Below are positions 29,700-41,037 of a stretch of DNA of 64,000 nucleotides, in pieces. The stretch is from Macrostomum lignano (lineage: Eukaryota). The position numbers were made by a program, and so were the translations under genes. Location of the stretch: positions 4,156 to 68,155 of the forward strand of contig NIVC01003385.1 of the NCBI GenBank assembly GCA_002269645.1. Direction: 5' to 3'. The notes under the pieces were generated by a model that ran no database searches, had not been told where the DNA came from, and worked only from the letters and a program-made list of their open reading frames with translations. Numbering within the stretch: position 1 is the first letter of the stretch; each line of letters opens with the position of its first letter.

Positions 29700-30100
29700 G
29701 GCCTAAGTGTTTACTGCCCGATGACTCATCGCCTGAGCAGGCGTGGGCAGCCACACTCAATGTCTTCCCACTCGCACTGAGAGGCGTAGCAGGATGACTC
29801 ATCACCTGCGCGGAGTGTAATGGCTGCCCAGAGGGAGTAAACAGGATGACTCATCCGCCCAAGTTCTATTTTTAGCACAGAAAAGCACGTGACTGTGCAC
29901 GCATGCTGTGCGTGGCCACTGACCTTGAGTCACGCCACTGATGCGTGACAGGATTGCCTTATTTGGAAGTTGGCCTTGAATCACGCGTCGTTCGCATGAT
30001 TTCAATGCCCAAATAAGGAAGTTTCACGCGCTCACCGCATGAAACTCACGTGACTTTTGGGGGTCCGCTCGTCTATAAATACGGAGCATCTGCGAGCCAT
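29700..30100 (+). promoter_or_regulatory. Promoter-like cluster: 3x GATGACTCATC (AP-1-like), 2x CACGTG, TATA (CTATAAATA at 30073)
   Basis: Motifs at 29720, 29793, 29845; 29886, 30047; and 30073-30081. Function is inferred; probably part of an LTR-like or TE terminal region. Confidence 0.4.
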
Positions 30101-30986
30101 TTTTCTCCAGACTGCGACGTCTCGTGGAGCAACACGGAGCCAAACTGCGTCGTCTCGCGGAGCATTGTGGCTGACTCGTGAAGCCTCCTCCGAGCTCTCC
30201 TCTCTCATTTCAGGTTTTACAGGTTTTCAGGTTCGAGCAGCATTCTACTACGACGATCGGCAGTCGAGACATTTTCAGATTTTCCTTTGCTCCGAGCGAC
30301 TTTGTTATTTTTCTTTCAGGTGACGGATAGACAACTCTGCCGACGCGTCGAGTCCGCACACCAAGGTGGCAGCAACCCTACCAAGTCGAGGCTAACGTTT
30401 TAGGATTATTTTCAGGCAAATCGATAGGTAGTACAACGGTGCTATCTAGCTTCTTCAGGAGCAGCGGGTTCTATTTCTAGGAACATCTTCAAGAACCTGA
30501 GAAGGAGAAGTTCAGTCTCGGATGCATCAGGTAGCCAAAAGATTTGTTAAAGTTACCCTTCCACAGCGGATACGATCTAATGGACACAGCAAATGCAACT
30601 CTTGCCAGCTCATTTTGAGCAGCTCATGCCTGTTAATACCGGATACCGAAACCCCGGATGTGGCGTCTTCCTACACAAATGTGGAAATAAAACTGTTCCC
30701 CTAAATCGACTTTGCAAAATTAAGAAGAAACTGGAAAAAGAGAGGAGAGAGGATTGTATCTGCATCGTCAACGGATTTTCACAGACATTGAGACAGTCAG
30801 ATCGAGGCACCCAACAGTAGAAGAAAGCGACAAGTGACTGCAGGCGGAATCAAATTCTTGGAGCAAAAATCGAACAACAAAAAGGCAAGAATCAAACTGC
30901 CATTAAATCATATAGAAATGATGAGCATTCCTACGAATTCTCGTGGCCCGAAATTTACGCTTTTTAGGTTCAGAGAGCATCTCCAA

Positions 30987-31700
30987 ATGCTTGCGCTGCT
31001 GCTGCTGCTGAGCTGCCAGCTGCTGCAGTCGCAGGCCCTGCTGTGTCCCGCACCGTTCACCATGCAGGCCGGTCTGTGCCTGTTCGTGAGCACAGCTCAC
31101 AGTCACAACTGGTACTCAGCCAATCGGTAGTGCGCATCGATCGGAGGCGAGCTGCTCAACTCGCAGAGCTCCATCCTGGCACTGAATCGCAGCGGCATCA
31201 GCTCATCCTGCAGCTGCCAGCTGTGGCTCGGACTGAGCGACCTGGCCGATGAGAGAGGCGAGAAGAGAGCCGGCTGGCAAAGGGTCAACGGAAACGGCTT
31301 CGCCAGTCCTGAAAGTCTGTTTTACACAAGCGAACCATCCGGAGGTGCTGATGAAAACTGCATTCGGATGAACGAACTCGGATTGCTCAGAGACGTCTAT
31401 TGCAACCGTAACTATGGATTCGCTTGCGAGTACAAGGACCCCTCTGCTTACCGGAAGCTCGCCAACTGGAAGAAGGTGTCGTTCAAGAGAGCCACCTACA
31501 ACACCGAGTACTGCTTCACCGAAGTGCCGCATGTGAGCAGCGCTGTTGAGTGCGTTGCAGCCGCCATGAGTGACGCCAGCTGCAGACACGTGCTGTACAA
31601 CAACAAGCTGCGAGCCTGCCGCCTGCTGCTGTTCACCGACGCTCAGGTGGAGGCGGAGATCGAGACGAGCGCCGACTGGGTCAAGTTCCGCCTGGTCTGA
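30987..31700 (+). pseudogene. C-type lectin + PAN/apple paralog, copy 2, with a premature stop
   Basis: Collinear with 23482-24198. CAG (Gln) has become TAG at 31128-31130, and the same frame continues to the homologous stop at 31700. Confidence 0.88.
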
Positions 31701-31979
31701 TTCGAACGGAATAAAAACGCACTACAGAGTAGATCGTGGTTCAATTGTACTCCCTATGTCCCTTTCGTTCGAATAACTAAGATAAAATATCAAGTTTATC
31801 AAAAACCAAGAACTAAGAGCTGCTTTTTAAATGAGCAAAATACCCCACCCACAAGTTTAATAAACAATGGCATCTCAAAAAGCAGATTTATATTTTGTCA
31901 TCTTTGGTCACACTTTGATTTCATGCGCAGAGTCGTTAACTGAAATATCAATGGATTCATCTATTCCACCGAATTTAAA

Positions 31980-32808
31980 CGGGTCCACCCCAACTGCCAG
32001 CCGACAACTGCCAGCCGACAATTGCCAGCCGAGAAAACTGCCAGCCGGAAAACTGCCAGCCGACAGCTGCCAGCCGAGAAAACTGCCAGCCAGAAAACTG
32101 CCAGCCGACAACTGCCAGCCGACAAGTTCTAGCTAATTGAATCTACTGTAGCCTACTTATTAGCTAAGTAAAAAGCACGAAACTGTTTAGCCAGCAAAAG
32201 GCTTGTGGGGTAGCCTTAACTTTCGCCCTTCCCTTCCCTAGTTTTTTCAGATTTCCATTAGAAGTATATATGTGAAGGAGAAGGCATTCTGTAATGCCTA
32301 TTGTAAATATTTCTGTATTGAAAGTTAATTTACATTATTATTTAATTTGCGATTGCGATTGCTATATGACGCAATCCTAGATAAGTCTATTAAATTACTT
32401 TACTTAAATAAAGCTTTCAAAGAAAGAGCAAAGGCTACCTAAAATACGAAATTTGAATGCCTTCTCCTTCAAATATATACTTCTAATGGAAATCTGAAAA
32501 AAAACTAGGGAAGGGAAGGGCGACATTTAAGGCTATACCCCACAAGCCTTTTGCTAGCCAAACAGTTTCGTGCTTTTTACTTAGCTAATAAGTAGGCTAC
32601 AGTAGATTCAATTAGCTAGAACTTGTCGGCTGGCAGTTGTCGGCTGGCAGTTTTCTCGGCTGGCAGTTTTCCGGCTGGCAATTGTCGGCTGGCAGTTGTC
32701 GGCTGGCAATTGTCGGCTGGCAGTTGTCGGCTGGCAGTTGTCGGCTGGCAGTTGTCGGCTGGCAGTTGTCGACTGGCAGTTTTCCGGCTGGCAGTTGGGG
32801 TGGACCCG
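31980..32808. mobile_element. MITE/foldback element with ~310-350-bp TIRs, flanked by TTTAAA on both sides
   Basis: CGGGTCCACCCCAACTGCCAGCC...GGCTGGCAGTTGGGGTGGACCCG. The arms contain 15-bp subterminal tandem repeats and match inward to ~32290/32455. Confidence 0.88.
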
Positions 32809-32899
32809 TTTAAACGAATCATTCTTGCTCAGTAGACTCTTGCGCATTGCATGTACATGTATTGATGGCTCAATCGACCGTGATTCTGTCGCGAGATTT

Positions 32900-33130
32900 T
32901 TATTCAAGAGGGCCAACTCCCAAGGCACAAAGAGTGTACATGTACATGTCTAGTACTACGCGCCTATGTACTACATTCCTGTACGATGCCTGGCAAAACA
33001 GCCATGACCCGAGAGGGCCATGGTCACAGCCCTGATGTCCGTGCGGTTGAGCTGGGACATCAGGGCGGTTGCCGAAAATAAAGAAAGTGGAAGTAAAAAC
33101 AGACTGAGGCAAGCGACAAGACAAAGTGAC
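32900..33130 (-). mobile_element. Possible LINE ORF2 C-terminal remnant
   Basis: MSQLNRTDIRAVTMALSGHGCFARH resembles the L.R..ir..t..LTGHg.F..H motif near the 3' end of I/R1/Loa-type LINE ORF2. Confidence 0.35.
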
Positions 33131-33532
33131 AGGTAGGGCGATCGTAAATCAAAATCGACCTCAGACAGGTTGACTTCTACATGTAAAACGCAACTTGGCA
33201 TTGAAAATCCGTCAGCATCAACAGACCTGACGCTTCTGCTGAGCCAGCTGAGCCAAGTGCTGAGAAGCTGAGACACCATTGATAGGAAATGTGACACGTT
33301 TGTCGCCAATGCATGAAATTTCAAATAAAAGCGCGATACGAGCGTATAGCAGGTTTAATTCTACGAGAGCAGATTAATGTGAGAGCTTCGTTAACCGGCA
33401 CCCAAAGTCCAGTCCACGCAGTTTTGGAATCGAAGAAAGCGAAGATACGAGCGCGGTTATTTTGAATGAAATTTATTGTTTAAAAGCGGGATTTGACAAA
33501 CTTTTTTTACCTCAAGGGCCAGATAAAGAATC

Positions 33533-33995
33533 CAGCTCATTGCCGCTGGCCAGATGAGAGAATAAAAGGGAGAGAATAGAGGAGAGAAAAAGAGGAGAGG
33601 AGATGAAAGATGAGAGAAGATAAAACACGAGAGAAGAAAGGAGAGAAGAGAGGAGATAAGAGGAGGGGAGAGGGGACTGGAGAAAAGGGAAGAGAAGAGA
33701 AGGCGAGAGAGAAGAAGGGGAGAGAGGAGAAGGGAAGAGAGGAGAAGGGGAGAGAGGAGAAGGGGAGAGAGGAGAAGGGGAGAGAGTAGAAGGGGAGAGA
33801 GAAGAAAGGGGAGGGAGGAGAAGGGGAGAGAGGAGAAGGGGAGAGAGGAGAAGGGAAGAGAGGAGAAGGGGAGAGAGGAGAAGGGGAGAGAGGAGAAGGG
33901 GAGAGAGGAGAAGGGGAGAGAGGAGAAGGGGAGAGAGGAGAAGGGTGGAAAAAGAGGGGAGAAGAGATGAAGAGACGAGAAGGGGAGAGAAGAGA
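33533..33995. repeat. GA-rich low-complexity tract related to the interiors of the hAT-like elements
   Basis: Begins CAAGGGCCAGAT as at 12286 and contains AAGGAATCCAGC-like sequence as at ~10515. Confidence 0.6.
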
Positions 33996-34241
33996 GAAGG
34001 ATAATTTAATCCCTTAAGCATTGAGCAATTTTTTAGCCAAGACACATGTACTGTCACGGGAAAAATTCTGATCAATCAGTGCAAGTTTGAAAAAAATCGG
34101 TTGAGCCGTTTTCGCTAAAATCGATCACACACACATGCACATACATACAGGCAGACCATTTTTAGTGTATAGGAAAATATAAATTTGAATGCTTTTACGC
34201 AAAATCACGCGAATCACGTAAATCACGTGTCTGTGCGCCTT

Positions 34242-34697
34242 ATAATATATTTATTTATGGGGTTTAGAATCGCAGGTGAAAGTCAGCCAGGTGCAGTCTG
34301 CTGTTTCCAAATGAACCATAATATATTTATTTATGGGGTTTAGAATCGCAGGTGAGAGTCAGCCAGGTGCAGTCTGCTGTTTCCAAATGAACCATAATAT
34401 ATTTATTTATGGGGTTTAGAATCGCAGGTGAGAGTCAGCCAGGTGCAGTCTGCTGTTTCCAAATGAACCATGATATATTTATTTATGGGGTTTAGAATCG
34501 CAGGTGAGAGTCAGCCAGGTGCAGTCTGCTGTTTCCAAATGAACCATAATATATTTATTTATGGGGTTTAGAATCGCAGGTGAGAGTCAGCCAGGTGCAG
34601 TCTGCTGTTTCCAAATGAACCATAATATATTTATTTATGGGGTTTAGAATCGCAGGTAAGAGTCAGCCAGGTGCAGTCTGCTGTTTCCAAATGAACC
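34242..34697. repeat. 76-bp tandem repeat, 6 copies
   Basis: Near-identical units starting ATAATATATTTATTTATGGGG; no spacers. Confidence 0.97.
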
Positions 34698-34720
34698 CGC
34701 GGTATCGGCCCCGATTTATC

Positions 34721-35894
34721 TCAGCTGCATTTGAAGGACAGCCGCGTTTCGTTCAGACAAACCCAACGCCTGCCCAACGCAGAGCAGAAATCCCAGCATT
34801 CCACGCGGCCCAACTGAGCTTGGCTGAAAATGGGAGCATTCGGATTAAAGTACGCGCAGTTGTTGAACCACCAGCCTCCCTGTCCTCGGCCTCGTGAGCA
34901 CGTGTACTTCCTGGACCCGTCGTTGTCTACGTCGATGGTGCTGAACTGTGATCCGTTGTGATAGCCGGCAATTCCGTGATAGAGATCGCCACCCGGTTCC
35001 ATAGGCCCCAGCAGTATCAGCCTGTAGTTCTCGTCCGCTCCGCGCACCTGAAAGCCTCTGAAGGTGGCGCTCATAAGAGAGCCGTTGAGTCGGACTCCTT
35101 CAAAAATGAATTTGCAGCTGCGGTCCTTAGTCATGGCTGACAGCTGCTCCAGACCTGCGAGTTCGATTGATCAGGAGCGACTGTGTCTGTGGAATGGGGA
35201 TGTGTGTCCGGTCTGTGGGATGGGAATGTGTCCTGTCTATGGGATGGAAATGTGTCCTGTCTATGGGATGGGAATGTGTCCTGTCTATGAGATGGGAATG
35301 TGTCCTGTCTATGGGATGGGAATTTGTCCTGTCTATGGGATGGGAATTTGTCCTGTCTATGGGATGGGAATGTGTTCTGTCTATGGGATGGGGATGTGTC
35401 CTGTCTATGGGATGGGAATTTGTCCTGTCTATGGGATGGGAATTTGTCCTGTCTATGGGATGGGAATGTGTCCTGTCTATGGGATGGGAATTTGTCCTGT
35501 CTATGGGATGGGAATTTGTCCTGTCTATGGGATGGGAATGTGTCCTGTCTATGGGATGGGGATGTGTCCTGTCTGTGGGATAGAGATGTGTCCTGTCTTT
35601 AGTTTAAAACTAAACTTATTCACTTAGTTTGACTCGGAAATATACACAGGCCATGCACTCACCAATCCAGTAATTTCCGCTGGGATCTCCGAATCCATTC
35701 ACGTAGCTGGTCCAGTTCTGGGCGAACGAGAGGCTGTTGTCCACGTGTCGCTGGAAGAGCACAGCTCCGAAGTGATTTAGAGGCCTCTTAAAAAAGTTCA
35801 TCCTCTTGAGCTCTACGGCAGAGGTCCTTACAGCGTACGTATCAGTAGGCAACAAGAGGACAAGAAGAAGAAGCTGCGCAATGCAGAGTTGCAT
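34721..35894 (-). CDS. Secreted fibrinogen-related domain (ficolin/FReD-like) protein, 221 aa; exons 35894-35663 and 35154-34721
   Basis: Signal peptide MQLCIAQLLLLVLLLPTDTYA; VLFQRHVDNSLSFAQNWTSYVNGFGDPSGNYWIG|LEQL...HNGSQFSTIDVDND...C...GGWWFNNCAYFNPN. Phase-1 intron with GTGAGT donor and CGCAG acceptor. Confidence 0.9.
35190..35600. repeat. 24-bp minisatellite (TGTGTCCTGTCTATGGGATGGGAA) filling the FReD intron
   Basis: Seen directly. Confidence 0.97.
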
Positions 35895-36403
35895 AATTAC
35901 TGGGGCTGTTGAAGTTTTAATGCTTATGGAAGCAATTATCTTTTTTCGAAGTATTATAGGCCTTAAGCTTTGCAGTGTACTACATGTAGACTGCAGATTG
36001 TTAAATTAATTTTTAAAGTCATTTTTTATACTTATAACATTTAAATTATGTCGGCACGCTTTAAGCAGGAGAACTTCGATACATAAGCAGCTACGTACAG
36101 AGTACACTCGCATAAATTGCTTTCTTGGAGCTCCAAACAGAATTTTTTATTGCCGTATAAATTTAGCTATTTGGCATCAGAACGCAAAACGTATATTCGC
36201 TACATGTCTGATTATTTCGAAAATGTAGAATGCAGTGTATGTAGAAAAATAGAAATAAAAATCAATCACATGCGTTCGTCAATTTAAACAGTAAGAACCA
36301 AGCGTTACAAGCTTATATTGCAAATTATTTGAAAGGTGGCCGCTTGTTTGCGTTGCCGAACGATTGTCGTATAAGCTTCAAATGATCAAAACTCTGAATC
36401 TGT

Positions 36404-37139
36404 TGTGACGTTGTCAGTTGAGGTGGCCCCGACAAGGGCCGTTTTAGCGAAAGCAGTGCCATTCTATAATATTGTTAATTTGATGGTCTCGTACTCTAAC
36501 GTCTGCTTGTAGTAACGCCCAAGGAATTTTAAACAACATTGCGTGACGTTCGTAAAGCCTATGTACAATGCGATCGATAATTTCTGTTTTCAAGTTGGTT
36601 TTCGCGCCGGCCAATAGGAAAGCCGCGCATATATTGTATTATGCTAGCCTAAGATTAAGCTTTTCTCGCGCACCCACCCCCAGCCCGCTCGTTATCAGTG
36701 CTGTCTGGCTGGGGCGCCCGGGGTTAGAGGTTTTCCGGCCCGCGCTCTCTCTCCCCCTCGCTCCGCCACAGTTCTAAGCCACGCCTCTGCCAAGTCTCAG
36801 TCGCGCCACCGCCACCGCCAATTCTCGATCACGCCACCGCTACCGTTTGTACGGGGTTCTTGCTACGAGTAACGCCAGCATACGACTTGCCATCACATCA
36901 TCGCCACACTGCCTCAGGCTCATCAACTCGCTCTATCGTCTTATCTTATTGTTGCGCAGCCGCCCAGTGCATTCCTTACGGATTCAGCAAAATACTCAGG
37001 CCCATCTCTATTAACTAACCAGACGGATTGATAACTAATGAGCCCTAACTACCCACTCACACAGGTACAATAAATGAGAACTGCGGCCATCGCCCGCATC
37101 ATTCGTCACTGATCCCGAGTCTGCCATTTAATCGTCACA
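36404..37139 (+). mobile_element. Solo LTR (736 bp), Gypsy-like
   Basis: TGTGACG...CGTCACA terminal inverted repeat, 4-bp TSD CTGT on both sides (36400-36403, 37140-37143), CCAAT box and AATAAA at ~37070. Confidence 0.8.
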
Positions 37140-37400
37140 CTGTAGCACTTAGAAAAGATAATTTGATACTTTCCAGGTTACTCGAAATTCCGTTTTTCTT
37201 TAAAATGATGCTACCGAAAATATACTGATAGTCAACATTCATATACGAGCATAAGTTTTGTTTTCTGCAGTTCTTATTTCGATTAGTGCTTCCAATGCAT
37301 TTGCCAATTGATGGGTTTCGACCTTTCGGCCCCCTTGTGAGGAAGCCTTCGGGCCTCAGGCCTCAGAAATAAATCAATTAGAGTCCTGGCCCCCCACTCC

Positions 37401-38820
37401 TGTCAGATGGTCAGCCCCATGGTAGCTTGATCGTGTGGCGAGCAGTCTAGGTCCTATAGCTAAGAGAGGGACAGCGAGAGACAAGCAGGGAGAATTTTGA
37501 AGGTAGAAATTAGCTAATCCGCAGACTAAGCTAACTCGCTGCCACCAGCCCGTGCGTCCTGGCTCACCACACCGGGACTCTCGAAATCGGGCTTCCGACT
37601 AGAAGGGGCTTTGCATTTACCTGCCAACTAGTGTCTTTTTGCTGTCAATCTCGAAGTCATAGCCGATGATAAGGGACACTGCTGGGACTAGATCGCATTG
37701 GCCATGCAGGTACAGAGGGGACTTGTGCAGGGGATTCTTGCAGTGGCGAGTCTATGGGGTAGCTACATGTACTATTACATTGCTAAATACGAAGAATTGT
37801 ACTTTTGGCCTTCAACGCGCCAACTAGCCTCTCATAGCGCTGATGATAGGCTAACTCGAACTTCAGAGACCGCATGATTCATTACCCCAGCCGCTTGGCG
37901 AACCTAGAGTACACAAAGTACATCTCTGGCGCCGTTTTTGCACTATTGGCAATTTCGCTAACTGATTTGATAGATTGATCGACTGAGAACCGCCTTGCCA
38001 TTGGTCCACTGTGACCGGCGCCTACTAGCTTAGCTACTCATCTGAGCCATCGGCGAACAAAGAAACAAAACCGATAAAAATAACTGTTAGATTTAACCTT
38101 CTCCTTTGATCACTTCACACTTCAGATTGAATTGGAGTTTAGACTACTAGCAGTATTATTGAATGACTTCTGCCTCAGTAACAGCACTACTGAACAAAAT
38201 GAGCAAAAGTGTGCGCCTAATTCAGCTACCGAAACAGGGGACAGATAGGGGATCACTCAATCAAGCAAGTCTAGGTAGCCTCTCACCCAACCAATCAGAA
38301 ACTCAACAGCCGGAGACCAGGTAATCCACAGTGACCGAATCGGCTTGATGCTCTGCAGCTGTAGACTCGGGATGATGCTGTCAGGATCTTCGCTGTTAGC
38401 TAGCAGGTGATGCTCTTCACTTGATGTTCGCTGCTGATGACCGGGGGACTCGTCCTTGATGATGATGGGGGGGGGGAAGTCGCAATCCGGGGATCAAGAA
38501 ACGACGGTCAGGCTCCGGGAGGTCTCTAGCTAGGCCAAGTTCCCAGGAGGTTGAGGTCCGAGCGGGCCAAAAACACCGGTTTAAATAGCCGCCAACTGGA
38601 CCGCAGTTTGTTATAATGGAACACGTCGATTCTGATTGGCTGAGCCGTTTTGTTAAAATGAGCGTCGAATTTTCTGATTGGTTGGGCTTGTTGCTACCCA
38701 GAATCACGTGACCGAGAGATCCTATCAGTTCCCACAGGGTCGTAAAAAGATGACAGGTGCGGCCATAAATCACTCAAAATCGCAACAAAATGATTTATCA
38801 CTTTTCGCGTAGGATTGACA
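37401..38820 (-). mobile_element. LTR-like segment (~1.4 kb)
   Basis: TGTCA...TGACA ends; on the minus strand several CCAAT boxes, a CACGTG and TATTTAAA at ~38586. No TSD, so the boundaries are uncertain. Confidence 0.35.
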
Positions 38821-40408
38821 GAAATTAATGAAAAAATATACATTAGAAAGCTCTTATTAAATAGAAAGTGAAGATAATGAAGAGAAATCGCTAATCGCTA
38901 ATCCCAAAGTACTTTTAGGGGTAAAACGCATAGCTGTCAAAGCTGTCACACGCTTGAGTGAATCCGAACAATAGGCTCTGACCTCATAAATCTTGATGGC
39001 CTGTCAAAATGATGAGAAAAAAGCCACCGCCCGCATCCTCTCAGACCATCTGGCGCCCGTCTCAACACTGAGTGAGGCGCAGGTGGCTGTCAGACCAGCT
39101 TCGAAAGCGATGATTTATGACCCAAAAAGCAATGCCTATGTTATTATGACTACTAGTATGACCAAACATTATATCTAGTATAGATTCTATGACTCTTCGT
39201 AGAAAAAGGATAAAAATGCCCATTGCCCACTGTTAGTAGGCTAGCAAGTTTAGAGCCCATGTGCTAGCGCGGGGTTTGGAAAAAAGTGCGTCCTCATCAC
39301 TACGTATCGTGCAGAAACTGCAGGGTTTTGGAGGTGAGGTGTGTGTCAGAGCCAATGCAAATTCAACGCCTATCTAAATGCACTAGAGCTCTTCTAATTG
39401 GTCCAGAGTCAATCTGTGAGATATGCATGTAACTCTCATGTAAATCTAATTATACATGTAATCAGTGTACACTGTGTCGTACAGAAGCGAGTACAATATA
39501 GTACACATATATTAGCGCTTCGCCGTTGTTGTACGCAGAAGCGCGCCCACCCCGCGCAATGCAGCATTGGTGTACGCAGAATTAACTGTCCATATTAACT
39601 GTCCATATATACATCCAAAATTGGCAGAATTAGCGCGCGCCCACCCACCCCATAACTGTCCATATTACTTGTCCATAATACATCCAAAATTGGCTGAATT
39701 AGCGCGCGCCCACCCACCCCATAACTGTACGCGCAGAATTAGCATCCAAGAAAATATCCTGTCGCAATTAATTGACGGCCCCCCGCGCGCGCGCATGATG
39801 AGTCAGCCAGCCGCTGTAAATCGCTGCTGTCCACACCTCTGCCCTGCGCGGCTCGCTATAGCTACCTGCAGCAGGGTTACGCAACAACCCGGTCGAGATA
39901 CAAGGCTAAATTTATAGCCAGACACGTCATCAAGGTCTAAAAACACTAACTTCTATGCATGAAATATTCTCGTTTAATAAGATGCCAGGTCAATTTTGTT
40001 CAGACAGCAAACTATAAATAAAGAAAATTCGGATTCTCGGCCGTTTTCTAAATTCACCAAGTTCAATTAAAAATCATGTGGAAAACGCAGTGTTTGACAA
40101 GCAATTTTGCTTGCCAAAGCATGAACTGCCAACAACTTGGAGCAAGGATTTCAACACGCCTCCAACGCCAGTACCGAAAAAAGGTACAAAATGTTCATTT
40201 TTCTGGAATCCTCGATAACGACAACTCCGTAAAAAGCTCGTTATCGTGTAATTAAAACAAAACTTATTGAGACTCTCGGGTATATAAGCACCAGCCCGGA
40301 GCATCTGCAAGCACCCGTACCTGCAAACTTTTCTCGGCTTCTCGGTAGTTTTCTAAGCTCAAATAACATCCCCACCACTCGTGTGGACAACGCAGTGTTT
40401 GACAAGAA

Positions 40409-40906
40409 ATGAGTTGGATTTCCAGAGACTACCTTCTATTATCGAACGAGGAAAAAGACGAATATGAGACCTTGAAAAAATCTGCTGACTGGTTGTGCAT
40501 TTGCCACAGCAAACCGATTTCTGAGCGATTAGTCACCTTCAATGCCAAGGTCGAGGAAATTGATCAAGGTCCCTACGACAGCCAAGACTACGCAGCAGCC
40601 AGGATAAATGAGCAACTACGGGACAAAATGAGGTTCAAAGCTGATTTAGCACGAATGGAGAGATTACTGGCTCCGATACTAAGTGAGGAGCATCGCCAAA
40701 AATACGTTTTCGGAACCATCAAGATCTGTATAATCCGTCGTGGGAGGAGCAACAAAAGATTCGGAATTTTTGGCTGCCAAAGCACAAGAGAACCAGGCCG
40801 CGAAAGCATGAACTACCATCAACTTGGAGCAAGGATTTTAACACACCTCCAACGCCAGCACCCGAAAATAGGAACAAAAGGTTCATTTTTCTGGAATCCT
40901 CGATAA
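40409..40906 (+). CDS. Hypothetical protein (165 aa) inside the Polinton
   Basis: ATG-started ORF of ordinary composition downstream of a TATA-like motif (40281). No motif recognised; the 3' end runs into a duplicated cassette. Confidence 0.55.
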   Translation: MSWISRDYLLLSNEEKDEYETLKKSADWLCICHSKPISERLVTFNAKVEEIDQGPYDSQDYAAARINEQLRDKMRFKADLARMERLLAPILSEEHRQKYVFGTIKICIIRRGRSNKRFGIFGCQSTREPGRESMNYHQLGARILTHLQRQHPKIGTKGSFFWNPR

Positions 40907-41037
40907 CGACAACACCGTAAAAAGCTCGTTATCGTGTAATTAAAACAAAACTTATTGAGACTCTCGGGTATATAAGCACCAGCCCGGAGCATCTGCAAGC
41001 TCCCGTACCTGCAAATTTTTCTAAACAGACAAGAGAC

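Noticed and set aside
34242-34697. Regular repeat arrays as possible CRISPR (also 15620-17318, 19376-19626, 58133-58925)
   Set aside because: The units are head-to-tail with no unique spacers, there are no cas genes, and the context is eukaryotic.
37305-37370. Hammerhead-ribozyme-like string on the minus strand (GGCC GAAA GGTC GAAAC)
   Set aside because: Stem II and GAAAC are present, but the required CUGAnGA core is not.
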